Shown here: piece by piece, positions 36,699 to 47,570 of the stretch | Numbering within the stretch: the stretch's first letter is position 1 | Layout: each line of letters begins with the position of its first letter | Source: Blastocladiella emersonii ATCC 22665 | Taxonomy: Eukaryota > Fungi > Blastocladiomycota | NCBI GenBank assembly: GCA_025594325.1 | Contig: JANHCV010000014.1 | Coordinates: forward strand, 558,001 to 622,000 | Direction of reading: 5' to 3' | DNA length: 64,000 bases | Position numbers and translations under genes: made by a program | Notes under the pieces: generated by a model | Databases searched by the model: none | Seen by the model: only the letters and a program-made list of their open reading frames with translations | What the model was told of the DNA's origin: nothing

Positions 36699-36857
36699 AT
36701 GGAACAATCGAACGAAAACTTGATGCAACCGGCTCAGTACCGCCTCCCAATCGACCATTCGGACGAGTTTCGTGTTCTGCTTCAACAAGTGTGCGCGAAA
36801 CGCGGGTTCCCGGAGCTCGCCGCACCTCTTTGTGATGAATATCTTGGTCAAGCGTAA
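36699..36857 (+). pseudogene. Truncated 5' copy of the 35136 gene
   Basis: MEQSNENLMQPAQYRLP versus MEQSNEHLMQTERRQLP. The ~40 nt upstream are also similar. Diverges after ~17 codons and stops after 52. Confidence 0.65.
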
Positions 36858-37364
36858 TGTTCTGGAAGCAACCATCATTTGATGGGTTTTCGTCTTATGA
36901 AACCTTTCAATGCATTTATCCTTTTGACTGATAGTGAGAAAACGCTTCCCCAATCACGCAACGGAATCCACAGGCTGGGTGACGTGTTCGGTTTGCTTAG
37001 AGAAAAATTGGGGGTCGGTGACAACATTGAGAAGCTCGAGATCTAGCGATTATCGAGGAAGTTACTAAAGGAGCGCGCAAGTACGGCGCGCATGCGTGAG
37101 CGCTCTGTTGAAGACACGCCTCGCAGAGTTTTTTGTGAGCCCGGGCGCGATCAGACCTTGAAAAAAAGGCCAGCCGCTGGATACACGGTAGCTCAAACAA
37201 TACTTTCCGCGTTCACCTATTTAGAACGTTCCTCGCGACCAAACCGTTGGCGTTCAGGGCCGGAGCGCTTTGCGAGACGCGTCGATCAATCACGTGAGCG
37301 ACGCGCTGGTCAATTCTCACGCCACGCGCTCAGCTCGTGCTCTCCGGGAACCCATCGCACGGCC

Positions 37365-39815
37365 ATGAATCGAATGAAGAACCTTTACAACTCGGTGCAA
37401 CCTGCTCTCGGAGGCGACGAAGACGTGGATACGCCGGCCGTGGCACTCTCGGCCGAATCCGGCATCTGCGCTCCACCTCTCGCAGCGCTCCCCGACACGC
37501 TCATCTCTTTTGCTTTACAGCTCGCGCAGCCTCGTTCTATCATCTGTGTTGCTTCTCGTTGCCTAATCGAGCCTGCGCGTGACCTCTCGATCAACCGAGT
37601 CTGGGCGCCAATCGTACTTTGCCGCTTTGCTGACCCCGAGCTCGCCGAAAAGTACAAGAACACTCGCGGCGAGCGTGTATTCACCAGGCTCGGCTTCGTT
37701 TTCGACCAGGCCGCCTATGCCGACACGGTCAAATTCCCCTTGGTCGGGCCCCGCGTCCCTAATGCTCAGTTCCTCGTCGCACTCTTGAAGGGTTTCCTAT
37801 TCGATCAGCGCAAGTTTGCCGGCCGGGACTGGGTCAAGTTCAATCAGGAAACCATGCAGTCGGTTCATTACTACGGGTGCAACTGCTCAAACCCGATTTC
37901 CAATCTGGCCAAACTGCAGCCTGACTACGCGTCGCACGCTCATCTCGCTGCACCGTATCTCATTCTCGCCGCCGCTGTGCTCATGGACGATGCGACCCTG
38001 CTGTCGACTTTGTTGAAGGTTGTACAGCAAGCTGTTCCGAGCGTTCTGGCCACGGAGCTACCGTCCATGGAATGGTGGATGTTGACCTGGAAGGGTGTCG
38101 CGTTCCTTGCGGAGTTCAATCTGCACAAGTTTGTGGCTGAGCGGAGGAATCCCAAGCTGTCGATGTTGTTCGTCGACCACCTGCTTCTGCTCGCAGCCCT
38201 TCTTTGGCGGAGCAATTCTTTTCAGGTTCTCTGCGACCCAAGCCTCGGACTTGGACTGGATTTGAAGGCGCTCCAGCACGTATTTGGTGACAACGCAATT
38301 GCACCCTTCGCAATCAAAAACCTCGCCAAGCAGACTCGGCCATCCACGGAGCTCATGCCCATCTTCGACTGGCTTCTGCGCACACGCAAACCGGTTCGGG
38401 TCGAGAGCGAACTACACTTTGCCGACAGCCTCATGGTTCCGACCCTTCACGACTTTCTGTCGCACGCCGCGCACCGGTACCCGAATTGTCTCAAAGATGG
38501 CCTGACTGAGGCTGACAAGCACTTGATTGCTTTCCAAATCCACAAATGGTCGCTTGAGGACATGGACACCGACTTGATTGGGCTTCTCGACGATCTCGGG
38601 CTGGTAAGCCCATTTGCGTGGGCGCACATCATCTCGACTGGGCTCGACCAGGACGAAGGAACTGGCACCGGGGAGCTTTCGCTATTCGCAATCGACCGCC
38701 TCACGTCGGGGACACGGCCACGGCTAACTACAGCCCTTGTCGAGAGTACGTTGGCAAGATACTTCTAGCTACTTTGCTTACCACTAACTTACGTGCCCGT
38801 AGCGTTTCGAACCGGTGTACATCGATCCTGCGATAACAATCGCAACGCAACGTATGCGCTGCTGCACAGCCACCGCGAGCTTGGGCGTGAGCAGTTCGAG
38901 GCCACCCTTCCCAAATTTGCAGCCGTGCTAGCCGATGCTCTTACCATTATGCAACAGCAGCTGCAGGACCCGGCCGATTTCACTTTCTTCGCCACAAATG
39001 CCCTGGGCCCACTCTTTACTTGTGGCGAGGAGCGGCGGCTTAGCCCGTGGCTCCTGTTCCTTCTCGCCAACGAGTTCCTTGCCATCTTTCGCATAACGTG
39101 TCCCCACGACTTGGTCGGCCTGGCGTGGCTCCCTGTCGTCGTCCTCGGCGATCCGGCCACACGCGATGCGGCGCTTTCGAAGATCCGCGCGAAAGGCGCG
39201 GTCACGGCGCACGCGTTTCTTGCCCTGGGACTCAGTTGCCTTCTCGCTCAGGAAGACAAAACCCTCTACTCGCCAATCCCGCGCGAGGAGAAAGGCCGTT
39301 TCCCGCTCGAATTCCACGCGTCGTGGGCTACTACCCTGGCGGACCTTCACCACATCGTTCGCGCAAGCGCGGACCCGGCGATCGCATGGCTCTCGCCTCG
39401 TTTCCAGGGCGCAATGCCGACTATGATCGAGGCAATAACGGCGCACGGCGAGCTCCGCTCCAGCTTCAACCGGGAGCTGGCCGAGTTCCCGGACGGAACG
39501 TGTCCGCGATGCCGCGAGCCGGTGCTGCCGCGCGTCAAGCAGGCGCTCCGGTTCCTGTTCCGCGCCGAGCCAGCGATTGTGCTTGCGCGCTTCGAGCCCG
39601 AGAAGGCGCTTCCGCGTGATTTCTGGGAGCTCATCCCGGACGGCGCGCTCGACGGCTCGAAGGACCCCAAGTGGATCATGGGCATGACCAACAGCACCGA
39701 GCGCGAGTTTGGCGCGGACACGGCGCGCGACGTCTTCCGCGAGCTCCAGCGTGTTGCGCCCGTGGCGTCCCGGGACGCGGCCGAGCTCTTCATCGCGTCG
39801 CTCGAGCTCGACTGA
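37365..39815 (+). CDS. F-box-like helical superfamily member A5 (797 aa, 2 exons)
   Basis: LAALPDTLISFALQLAQPRSIICVASRCL N-terminus. Phase-1 intron 38746-38802 (GTACGT..CTAAC..GTAG) joins the ORFs in frame. LAWLPVVVLGDPATRD and LPRDFWELIPDGALDG match A2/A4. Confidence 0.85.
37373..37390 (+). promoter_or_regulatory. Start-proximal motif variant (A5)
   Basis: AATGAAGAACCTTTACAA. Confidence 0.35.
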
Positions 39816-40319
39816 ATGTTGGCTAGACCTCGTGGATGAAGCCTGCCACTTGCTCATTGCGATTGTTGTGGGGCTGAATCGTAGCTGTGCGCGACGGCGA
39901 CGAATGAATAGTCTCTGTTTTCTATCTCTGAACCGATTAATGCTAATCTTTCAGTGAGGACTGCTCGAGCAAGAGGGACACATCGATATTTGATCTCGCC
40001 TCATCGCGGTCGCGATCGGGTCTGAGGACGTAGGCGTTACCTACAGATCCAACGCTCGGCGCATCCTTGGCCACGTTGCAAAGTGCGGCAGTTGGAGCCT
40101 CAACGCGGCACAGCAGTGCGGAAGTCAATCTCCAGGGACTTGGACGTATCCGCACATGCCCCGTTAGCATCGCTGCGCTTCGCCTCACGGCTGACCGCCC
40201 CAACGGATTTCAGTTCACCGCCCAGCTCGGTATCCAAGGAAGAATGCAGCCATCATCTTTTCGCACATAATTCAAGTCGGTGCAGTCGTGCATCACGTCG
40301 GATCACACCTCCCATCAAC

Positions 40320-40773
40320 CGCGACCACCGCACCCACGTGTGCACGCGCCGCGCCACTCCGAAACAAACGACCGAGCTGGTGGCGCCATGTGCGTCACCC
40401 GGTCTGATGGAACCGACGAGGCGAACTTGACGCAGCGTGGCATAAACATGCGCGTGGGTCGCGGGCGAGCGGGCCGCGTCTCAGGACCGACGCGATCATC
40501 ATTCGGGCGGCGATGGGCGATGAGCGGCGCCGGTGACGGCGCGAGCGTGTGAGCCCACCCCGCGCTTGAAGTTGATGGTGGCCGTGGCGAGAGTGGGCCG
40601 AGATGCTGAGCGTGGAAGCGCACTGATGCTCAAACGATGAGGTGTGCGGCACGGAGGCAAATTTAATCTCGGCGCGCGAGGCAAGGACAAGGGATTGATG
40701 ATAGACGCCGCGACCACACCTGCGACGAGTTGCAGGCTGGTCGGATCGGTTTCGGTTGCAGTCAAGGCGCAAG
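40320..40773. repeat. ~450-500-bp direct repeat, copy 1
   Basis: Shares long identical runs with 46681-47165, e.g. 41 nt GCGCCATGTGCGTCACCCGGTCTGATGGAACCGACGAGGCG and CGAGGCAAGGACAAGGGATTGATGATAGACGCCGCGA. Confidence 0.9.
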
Positions 40774-41608
40774 ACTGCTGGTTCTGTGCGGTCGGTCCAC
40801 TCGTTCAACCTCTCCAAAGCCGCGCGCGGCACCGTGGGCGGGATCGTATACAGGCGCGAGTTGACCTGCGGTGGCGGCCGACGCGGGCGTCCTCGTTAGC
40901 GAGACGTCTCAAGCTTACAGCTCGTGTCTTGGAGAAGAACCACTCGAGCTTCTGCTCTGAGCTGCGGGGCGCCCTTGCCGCCGCCGTGTCCGCTCGTCGC
41001 GCCGTCAAGCTCACCTTCACGTATGCCCTCAAAGGCGCTGTCGACTTGGCCGTCAACATGCTCCCGCCCTCCCCGAGGGTGCGGGTTCGCGCAACGTGCT
41101 CGCAAGTGACCAGCCGCGCTGCCCTCCCTCCATGGGCTCGCACCGCGCAGCATTGGGATAGGTGCCGCGTTGCCTCGCGTCGATTCTTGACCCTGAAGAC
41201 GAGTAGTGAGTGCCGTAGCGGCGATGTTCAGGACTCGTTCAACTGTCGCCTACCCGCGGTTCAAGCGAAAGCGCTCCCGCACGGCGCAAGCGCCTTTCGT
41301 GGGGCGGGCTGAAGTCCTCGATTGAAACCCAAACGCGAAGTGTTTAGGTGGCTCAAGTAAAATGTGTGAGTGCCCGAGCGCTTCTCGCGCTTCATTTATC
41401 CCTTCGCTACATTGCGGCATCTGCTCCGCGCTGCCTCAGACAGGAGCGTTCGCGTTGAGACGCGCCGCGCCACTCACGTGATGGATGATAAGCGACTTTA
41501 TTGACGCGATTTCACAGCTTTGAATGGCGGGGAAGGTGGGTTCAGTGAGGAACAACAGAAGATTTGATTCAAAACAAACAAGAAAATGACAAAACGCTAT
41601 CTCTGCGC

Positions 41609-44600
41609 TTATTCGCCGCGGGGAGTTGAGCAACTGTAGCAGCCCTGCTTCCACGTGCCAGTCATGGGAAACAGCGGAAGAAGCTCAGCGTGCGCGATCT
41701 CCAAGCCAGAAGGTTCGAGCAGCACGGCAGATTCGTCACCCGCCGTGGGACGAGCGCAAAGCACCAAGTGCTCCAAAATCGGCCTAGTCGTGCCCGCGTT
41801 CACCACGATTGGAGGCGCCAGTCGGTCAGGACCAGTGTGCTTGATCGACTTGAGGAACTGAGTTTGGGCCGAGGATAGCTCCTTGGCAAACATGTCCACG
41901 TAGCTGCAGCGGAACGCGATCGTTGGTTCCTGCATGCTGTTGGGCGGCACAACGAGGTACGGCTCGCCCGTCACGATGACCAAGAACGGCACGTTACGGT
42001 CCTGGACACCGTTGTATTAGAGAAGTTCGAAGACGCGGAATCCCTTCGCCTGGTGCAGGAAAAGAGTGCACAACTGCGAGCACAGCTCATGCGCCAGGAC
42101 TTGTTTTTGGGCCAGGGAACGACAGAGGGCAGGTACATTCAGGGATGTAAGTGCGCTGCTGCTCGATGGCATACCGCCGAAGAATGTCAACCGCCGTCGA
42201 CATGGACCGTTTGCCCGCCCAAAGCGGAGCAGGGTGGGAAAAGTGCGAGCGGGGCACAATTGGGTGGGTGGTCAGCGGCATCGAGGCGAGGGAGAAACGC
42301 TTGTTGATGCCAACAACAACGGTTCGGCCATTATGATCAATTTCGACAGCCCTTGCAAGCGACAAAAAGGGAAGTGCAAGCGTCTCGTAGCGCACGCCGT
42401 CAATACAAAGTACCACGGCACCGTTGCCGTTCTGAAGTTGCTTCCAGTCAGAAGTGACCTTGATTGTCGCCTTGTCCCAGGCGCATGGAAGCTCAAGCGT
42501 GAGCTCAGCGCGATGAAAACGCTCGACAAGACCGCGAACAGGGAGCGAGAACTCAGGACCTGAGCGTCGCGCAACAAACGAAGCTGCAAGAATTCCATCA
42601 ATTGCGCCGCGCTGCGAGTGGACGGGAACCGACGTCGGGTTCATGCGTGAGACGGAAATTTCGTCCGGGCTGAACGCCATGTAGGCCGTGGTGTAGCAGC
42701 CAGCGCCCGAGTTGTGACTGTTGTCAAAGGCATAGTCCGGAACCACTGCACCTCGAAGGCGATGCACGTGCGACGATGAAGGTGGGAAAACGAGGTTCCA
42801 AGGCGCGTACGCGGTCACCGTAACCGCGTTCCCGTTGGCCGAGCGAACGGTATGCACCGAATCGAAGCGAAATGCGCGGGTCCCATCGGTCAGTGCGAGC
42901 ACGATGCCGCAATAATGCTCGGGGAGCACAATGGATGTGGTCAGCTCGAGGCGGCACACGCGCGATTCGTCGGCAGTTTTGTGTTCAATTGGAAAGCCGT
43001 AGAGTTGTGCGTGGGCAACAAGCTCGGGAAACCACGCGCTCGCAACGCACGGCTCGATTAGGCGCCAAAATTCGGGCATTGCTGGCCACGGAAGCGAGGT
43101 GTATGGCGTTGCACTTGCCCAAGTCAAGCGGCCCGAAGCGAACGCGCCTGCCAGCAGCTTGGGGAAGAACGCGCCCGTGGCAAAAATCTCGGCTACACAG
43201 TCAGCATGCACATGCGTTAGGTGCACGGTCGGCCGTGTGATTAAATCATTGCCCCGTACCTGTGTACCGGCACCGATTGACACGGTCAAGCAAATGCACC
43301 CTGGCACAGGATATGAGATTGCCAATGATGTACGGTGAAGTAGAAAGCTGGACAGGAACAGCAGGAGTCTGGAGCTTGAAAAAGGTGTAGGTAAAGTAGG
43401 GCTTAGCCGACTCGTCCTGCTGATGCAGCGTGGGAAGCGACCACGCGAACGGCTGCACCCAGTTCGACCAATGTTGCCCGTTAGGAAACTCAACCAGGCC
43501 AACGCCAAAGAGAGTTGGAATCAGATCCGGCAGGATCGCGAGCGAGTAAATGAGGTAGTCGCGGTGATTGGCGGCAAAGATGGGTTCGCAAACCGTGAAG
43601 AGGAGCGAGCGCTGAGCACCCGAAGGTTCCTTGAGAAGCGGAGGCCCATGAATGAGCGTGTTGAGGAGGCCGTAGTCGTTCGCAGCCGCGGTCGCGTCAA
43701 TGGCATCGAAGCGGTAGCTCACATCAGCAACAAGCTCTTCGAGGTGCTCCATGGCGATTCCACACGCAAAAGTAACGCTCGACTTGACCTGACCCGATCG
43801 GGTGCAAAGAACGCGGCGGAGAGCACCGAGCAAGTCCTGGAGTTCGATCAGCACGCCCGTATCGTACGAGGCGCCGTCAAAGTCGACCGAGAAGGCGCGA
43901 TAAGGATGCAGCTCGGGAGAAACCGTATACTCGACCGACTCGTCGCCGCGAACGTCAAGCATGGTCGGGTTCACACAAAGTTCGTCGTCGTCGTCGTCGG
44001 TACCGCGAGATTTGAGGAAACACGCCTTGGTGCGAGCGAGCCGGTCCGCAGAGCAAGTCAGGCGCGACTGCGTGGACCGCGGCAGACCGCCGCCGTACCG
44101 ATCGGACAGATCGGCTGAGCGCTCCTTGTCGGCGGTGTAGTAGTAGCCGGCCAGGACAACGTCCTCGTCCTCGGGCATCACCTCGGCGCGACGCTGGTCG
44201 AGTTCGGCCGTCGTCCACTCAACGCCAAGCCACGCCCGCCAGCACCGCTGCACGTCGCGCAGTGAGCTTTCGGCATGAACACGCACGGAAGCGGTGGCGC
44301 CGGTCCAGTCGTGCTCGAGGCAAGCGAGCATGATCGATTCCCAGAACGAGGCAACGGGTGGGTCGAGCTCCTGCGAATAGACGAGCTGAGCGACGTAGGT
44401 GGTAAGCTTGGCCTCGGCAAGGTCGCCACCACGGGTCCGAAGCGCATGGAGAACCATGAGCGAGCGAGCAAGCACCTCGGGCTGCGAGTCGTGGAAGTGG
44501 AAATCAATCGCGTGCGCAACCTCGCGCTGCTCGGCGCAGCGCAGGGTGCGTCCAACATGACGCAAGTCGCGAATCTCGCAAAGGAGCACATTATAGGTGG

Positions 44601-44751
44601 CTCCGGTCGAAATCGTGTGGTAGCGAAGCAAGTCCATGGAGCGGCTCTCACCGAACGGCAACGAGGCCGGACTCTTGCGGAACCGGGTCGCGCTCGTCGG
44701 CGTCATAGTCAGCAAGGGTGGTTCTTTGCATCGAGTCTTCATTGCGTTCAT
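41609..44751 (-). pseudogene. DUF4470-type (fungal DUF4470 + MYND finger family) gene, disrupted and truncated
   Basis: PFGESRSMDLL..NVLLCEIRDLRHV..IDFHFHDSQPEVLARSLMVL matches the DUF4470 N-terminus (GN..AxDLL..GDxRNV..DxEPAxLARN). Intron 43259-43193 splices in frame. Frame change near 42100-42190, in-frame TAA 42017-42019, ends GCYSCSTPRGE-stop. Confidence 0.7.
44726..44743 (-). promoter_or_regulatory. Start-proximal 18-nt motif (DUF4470 gene)
   Basis: AATGAAGACTCGATGCAA. Confidence 0.5.
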
Positions 44752-45134
44752 GTGGAGCCGGGTATGGCAGCGAGGGGCAAAAGGCAAGGGCAGCTGGTCG
44801 AAGGCGAAAACTCGGCACGGGAGTGAGCACTGCAACGCATCACGTGTTCAGTCACATGATATCGGAACGCGTCTCTCGTGCGCAGCCCGGGAGAGCAGCC
44901 CACGTCTCCATCACGGCCGCGGCACGCGCTCGACTCGTTATGCTATTCTCAACCGTGCGCTCTCGGTCTCGCCCAGCTTTTTTGGACTTGGCCGTCGCAC
45001 CGACCGTGTGTTTAGGTGAATTAACAAGTGCGTTGTCGCGATGACCCTGCAGCGGATCAGCCAGCTGAACTTCATGGATTGCGTAGCCTACTATTTCGTT
45101 AAGCCTTAGTGTCCGACAAACACAAACCTAGTCT

Positions 45135-47005
45135 TCACATCGACACAAACTCTGTCCTGGTCGTGAATTCCTCAGCGCGAGCCAAGAGTTCTCCGGCGCG
45201 TGGGACGTGAGGTCGTTGATGCGGGCCGCGAGGTCGAACACAGCCGAGTTGCTCGAGTGGACGTTGGCCGTGACGCGGCGGACGAGGTCCGTGACCTACG
45301 TGTTTTTGCGGTCCTCGGCAACAGCGTCGGCGAGCTCGTCCCACGCCTGAAGCGACTCCCAAAGGGCCTCCTCGGCAGCTTCACGCTGCGCGAACATGGT
45401 GGTCACCCAGGTGGTCACCTCGGACTCAGCCTCGACCAGCTGCTTCTCGGCGTTGCTGAGAAGTCTCTAGCTCGAACGCGTCCTCAAGAGAAACGAGAGT
45501 CACAGCTGCAAGCTGCGCGTCGTCGTCGAGGTGTGTCGCGTGCAGGTGCGCGGGGATCGGCGCAAACGAGTCGGTTGGCGATGCGGGCGCGCGGTTGTTG
45601 AGGAGGTCGACGAGCGCAACCTTGAACTCAGTCAGCGACGCGGTCGGCGCGAGCGACAGGTTCAGGCGGAGGAAGGGGAGGAACGACGCGAGCGCCGACG
45701 CGGCATCGGCAGCCGAACTGCTCGGAACCGCCGCGAGGAGCTTGGGGCGCCCACGCCTTGGCGGCCTCGGATGCGCGGTGGAGCTGCTGAGTGACCGAGA
45801 CGCCCTCAGTCGGCGCACCCGGGTGCAGCGCGTTGACGAGCGCGAGCGCCGCCTTCTCGAGCGCCGTGCGCGACGTCTTGGTGCGGTGCAGCTGCGCAGC
45901 GACCTCGCCGAGGTTGCTCTGCAGTTTGGCCGCCTTGGACTGCAGGTCCTCGATGACGCGAGCGAGTTGAGCTCGCGATGCATCGCCGCCACCGTGTCCT
46001 GCATGACGATGGCCTGCGCCACGATGTCGGCGACTGTGGGCGACGAGGCGCGTGAGGACTTGGGCCACGGGGACGTTGTTGACTCGTCTCAGTTGATTTG
46101 AGTAGTGGAAATGTGCAGATCCTCCTTCGCTTCCTCGATCGCGACTCGAATCGTGTTCGTTTCGGCCGCGAAAAAGTCGTCAAGTCGGACGGCGAGACGG
46201 CCGGGGTGCCACTGCAGTGGAAGATCTTGACGCGCACGTCGTGGCACACGGCGGGGAACGCGTCGAGGTCGCTCGGCACGGACGCAATCTTGCGCTCGAG
46301 CTCCTCGTTATTGGCGAGCGCGTCCGCGAGCTGCTGCTCGAGGTCGGCATTGCGCGCGCGCAGTGTCGTGCGCTCCTGGTTGAGCGCGACCTAGTGGTTG
46401 GCGTTGGTCACCTCGGCCGCTCCAGCCGCAGCCTCGGTCTCAGCGATGTGCTCGCGCAGGTCGGCCGCCTCGCGCTGGTATGCCGCCGAGTCCTGCCCGG
46501 CGGACGCCACCTGGGCCACGCGCTTGCGGGTGTGCGCCTCGAGCGCCGCCTTCTCGTCCTGCAGCGTGCGGGCCTCAGCAATGGCCTCCTCGAGCGCACG
46601 ACAGGTTGGCGTTGGTCGTGCGCAGAATCTGTTGTACAAGTCAACGCATCGTAGCGTACCGGATTACATCTCCGATCAGACGCGACCACCACACCCACGT
46701 GTGCACGCGCCGCGCCACTCCGAAACAATCGACCGAGGCGGTTGCGCCGCCGCCACCACGGCTGCGCCATGTGCGTCACCCGGTCTGATGGAACCGACGA
46801 GGCGGACTTGACGCAGCGTGGCATAAACGTGCGCGCGTCGCGGGCGAGCGGGCCGCGTCTCAGGACCGACGCGATCATCATTCGGCCGTCGATGAGCGGC
46901 GGCGGCGGCGTGTGGGCCCACCCCGCGCCCGTCGATGTTGGTGACCGCGGCGAGCGCCTGAGGATGATGGTGACCGTGGCGAGAGTGAACCGAGATGCTG
47001 AGCAT
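45135..47005 (-). pseudogene. Coiled-coil protein pseudogene
   Basis: Heptad-like text (ALEEAIAEARTLQDEKAALE, NADLEQQLADALANNEELERKI, VIEDLQSKAAKLQSNL) broken by in-frame TAGs (46391-46393, 45296-45298) and several frameshifts. The 5' part lies in direct-repeat copy 2. Confidence 0.6.
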
Positions 47006-47165
47006 GAGACTTGCACTGACGCTCAAACGATGAGGTGTGCGGCACGTAGACAAGTTTAATCTCGGCACGCGAGGCAAGGACAAGGGATTGATGATAGACG
47101 CCGCGAGCACACCTGCGACGAGTTGCAGGCTGGCAAGGTCAGATCGGTTGCGGTCAAGGCGCAAG
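46681..47165. repeat. ~450-500-bp direct repeat, copy 2
   Basis: Same orientation as 40320-40773, about 6.4 kb apart, with small indels. Confidence 0.9.
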
Positions 47166-47570
47166 GCGAGACGCGCGTCATGGCGCGCCCACTCACCGCG
47201 GCGGTGCGGCGCCCAAAAACCGCCCGGCGGTGCATCAACCTGCCGCTTGTCAAATTTCACCCTCGGTGAAGCCGAGTTTGAGGTCGCGCTGGGGTGGAGC
47301 TCGTCTCACCTTCACGGTCGCCACACTGCTTCAGGCGTGCGGGGCGGGGCGCCGGCCGTTGGCCGGATCGCCGTGCGTGTTGAGAGGGGAGTACATCTAG
47401 CGCGCGCTCCCCTCGGTCCTCCCTCCCGCTGTCGACCCTTCTCGCATAGACGACTCGTAGAATTTTGTTCGTTCGTTCGCAGGACCAACCTGCCCGCTGC
47501 GGACTGCGGCGCCACGCCATTGCTGCGCCACTACGCCGCGCCCCAGGATCACTGCACCCCATCACCGACC

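Noticed and set aside
36897-37045. MKPFNAFILL resembling an HMG-box start
   Set aside because: The rest of the HMG helix pattern and the conserved Trp are absent; short, isolated match.
18501-46393. Repeated in-frame TAGs (18501, 20459, 28691, 45296, 46391) suggesting TAG recoding or a RIP-like process
   Set aside because: TAG ends intact genes here (B2, B4, MET22, 47571 gene) and never occurs inside RPD3 or tyrosinase exons. TGA (1041) and TAA (4602, 42017) nonsense codons also occur. G-ending codon bias makes TAG the expected nonsense product.
40320-47165. LTR retrotransposon
   Set aside because: No gag, protease, RT or integrase between the repeats, and no clear TG..CA termini or PBS.
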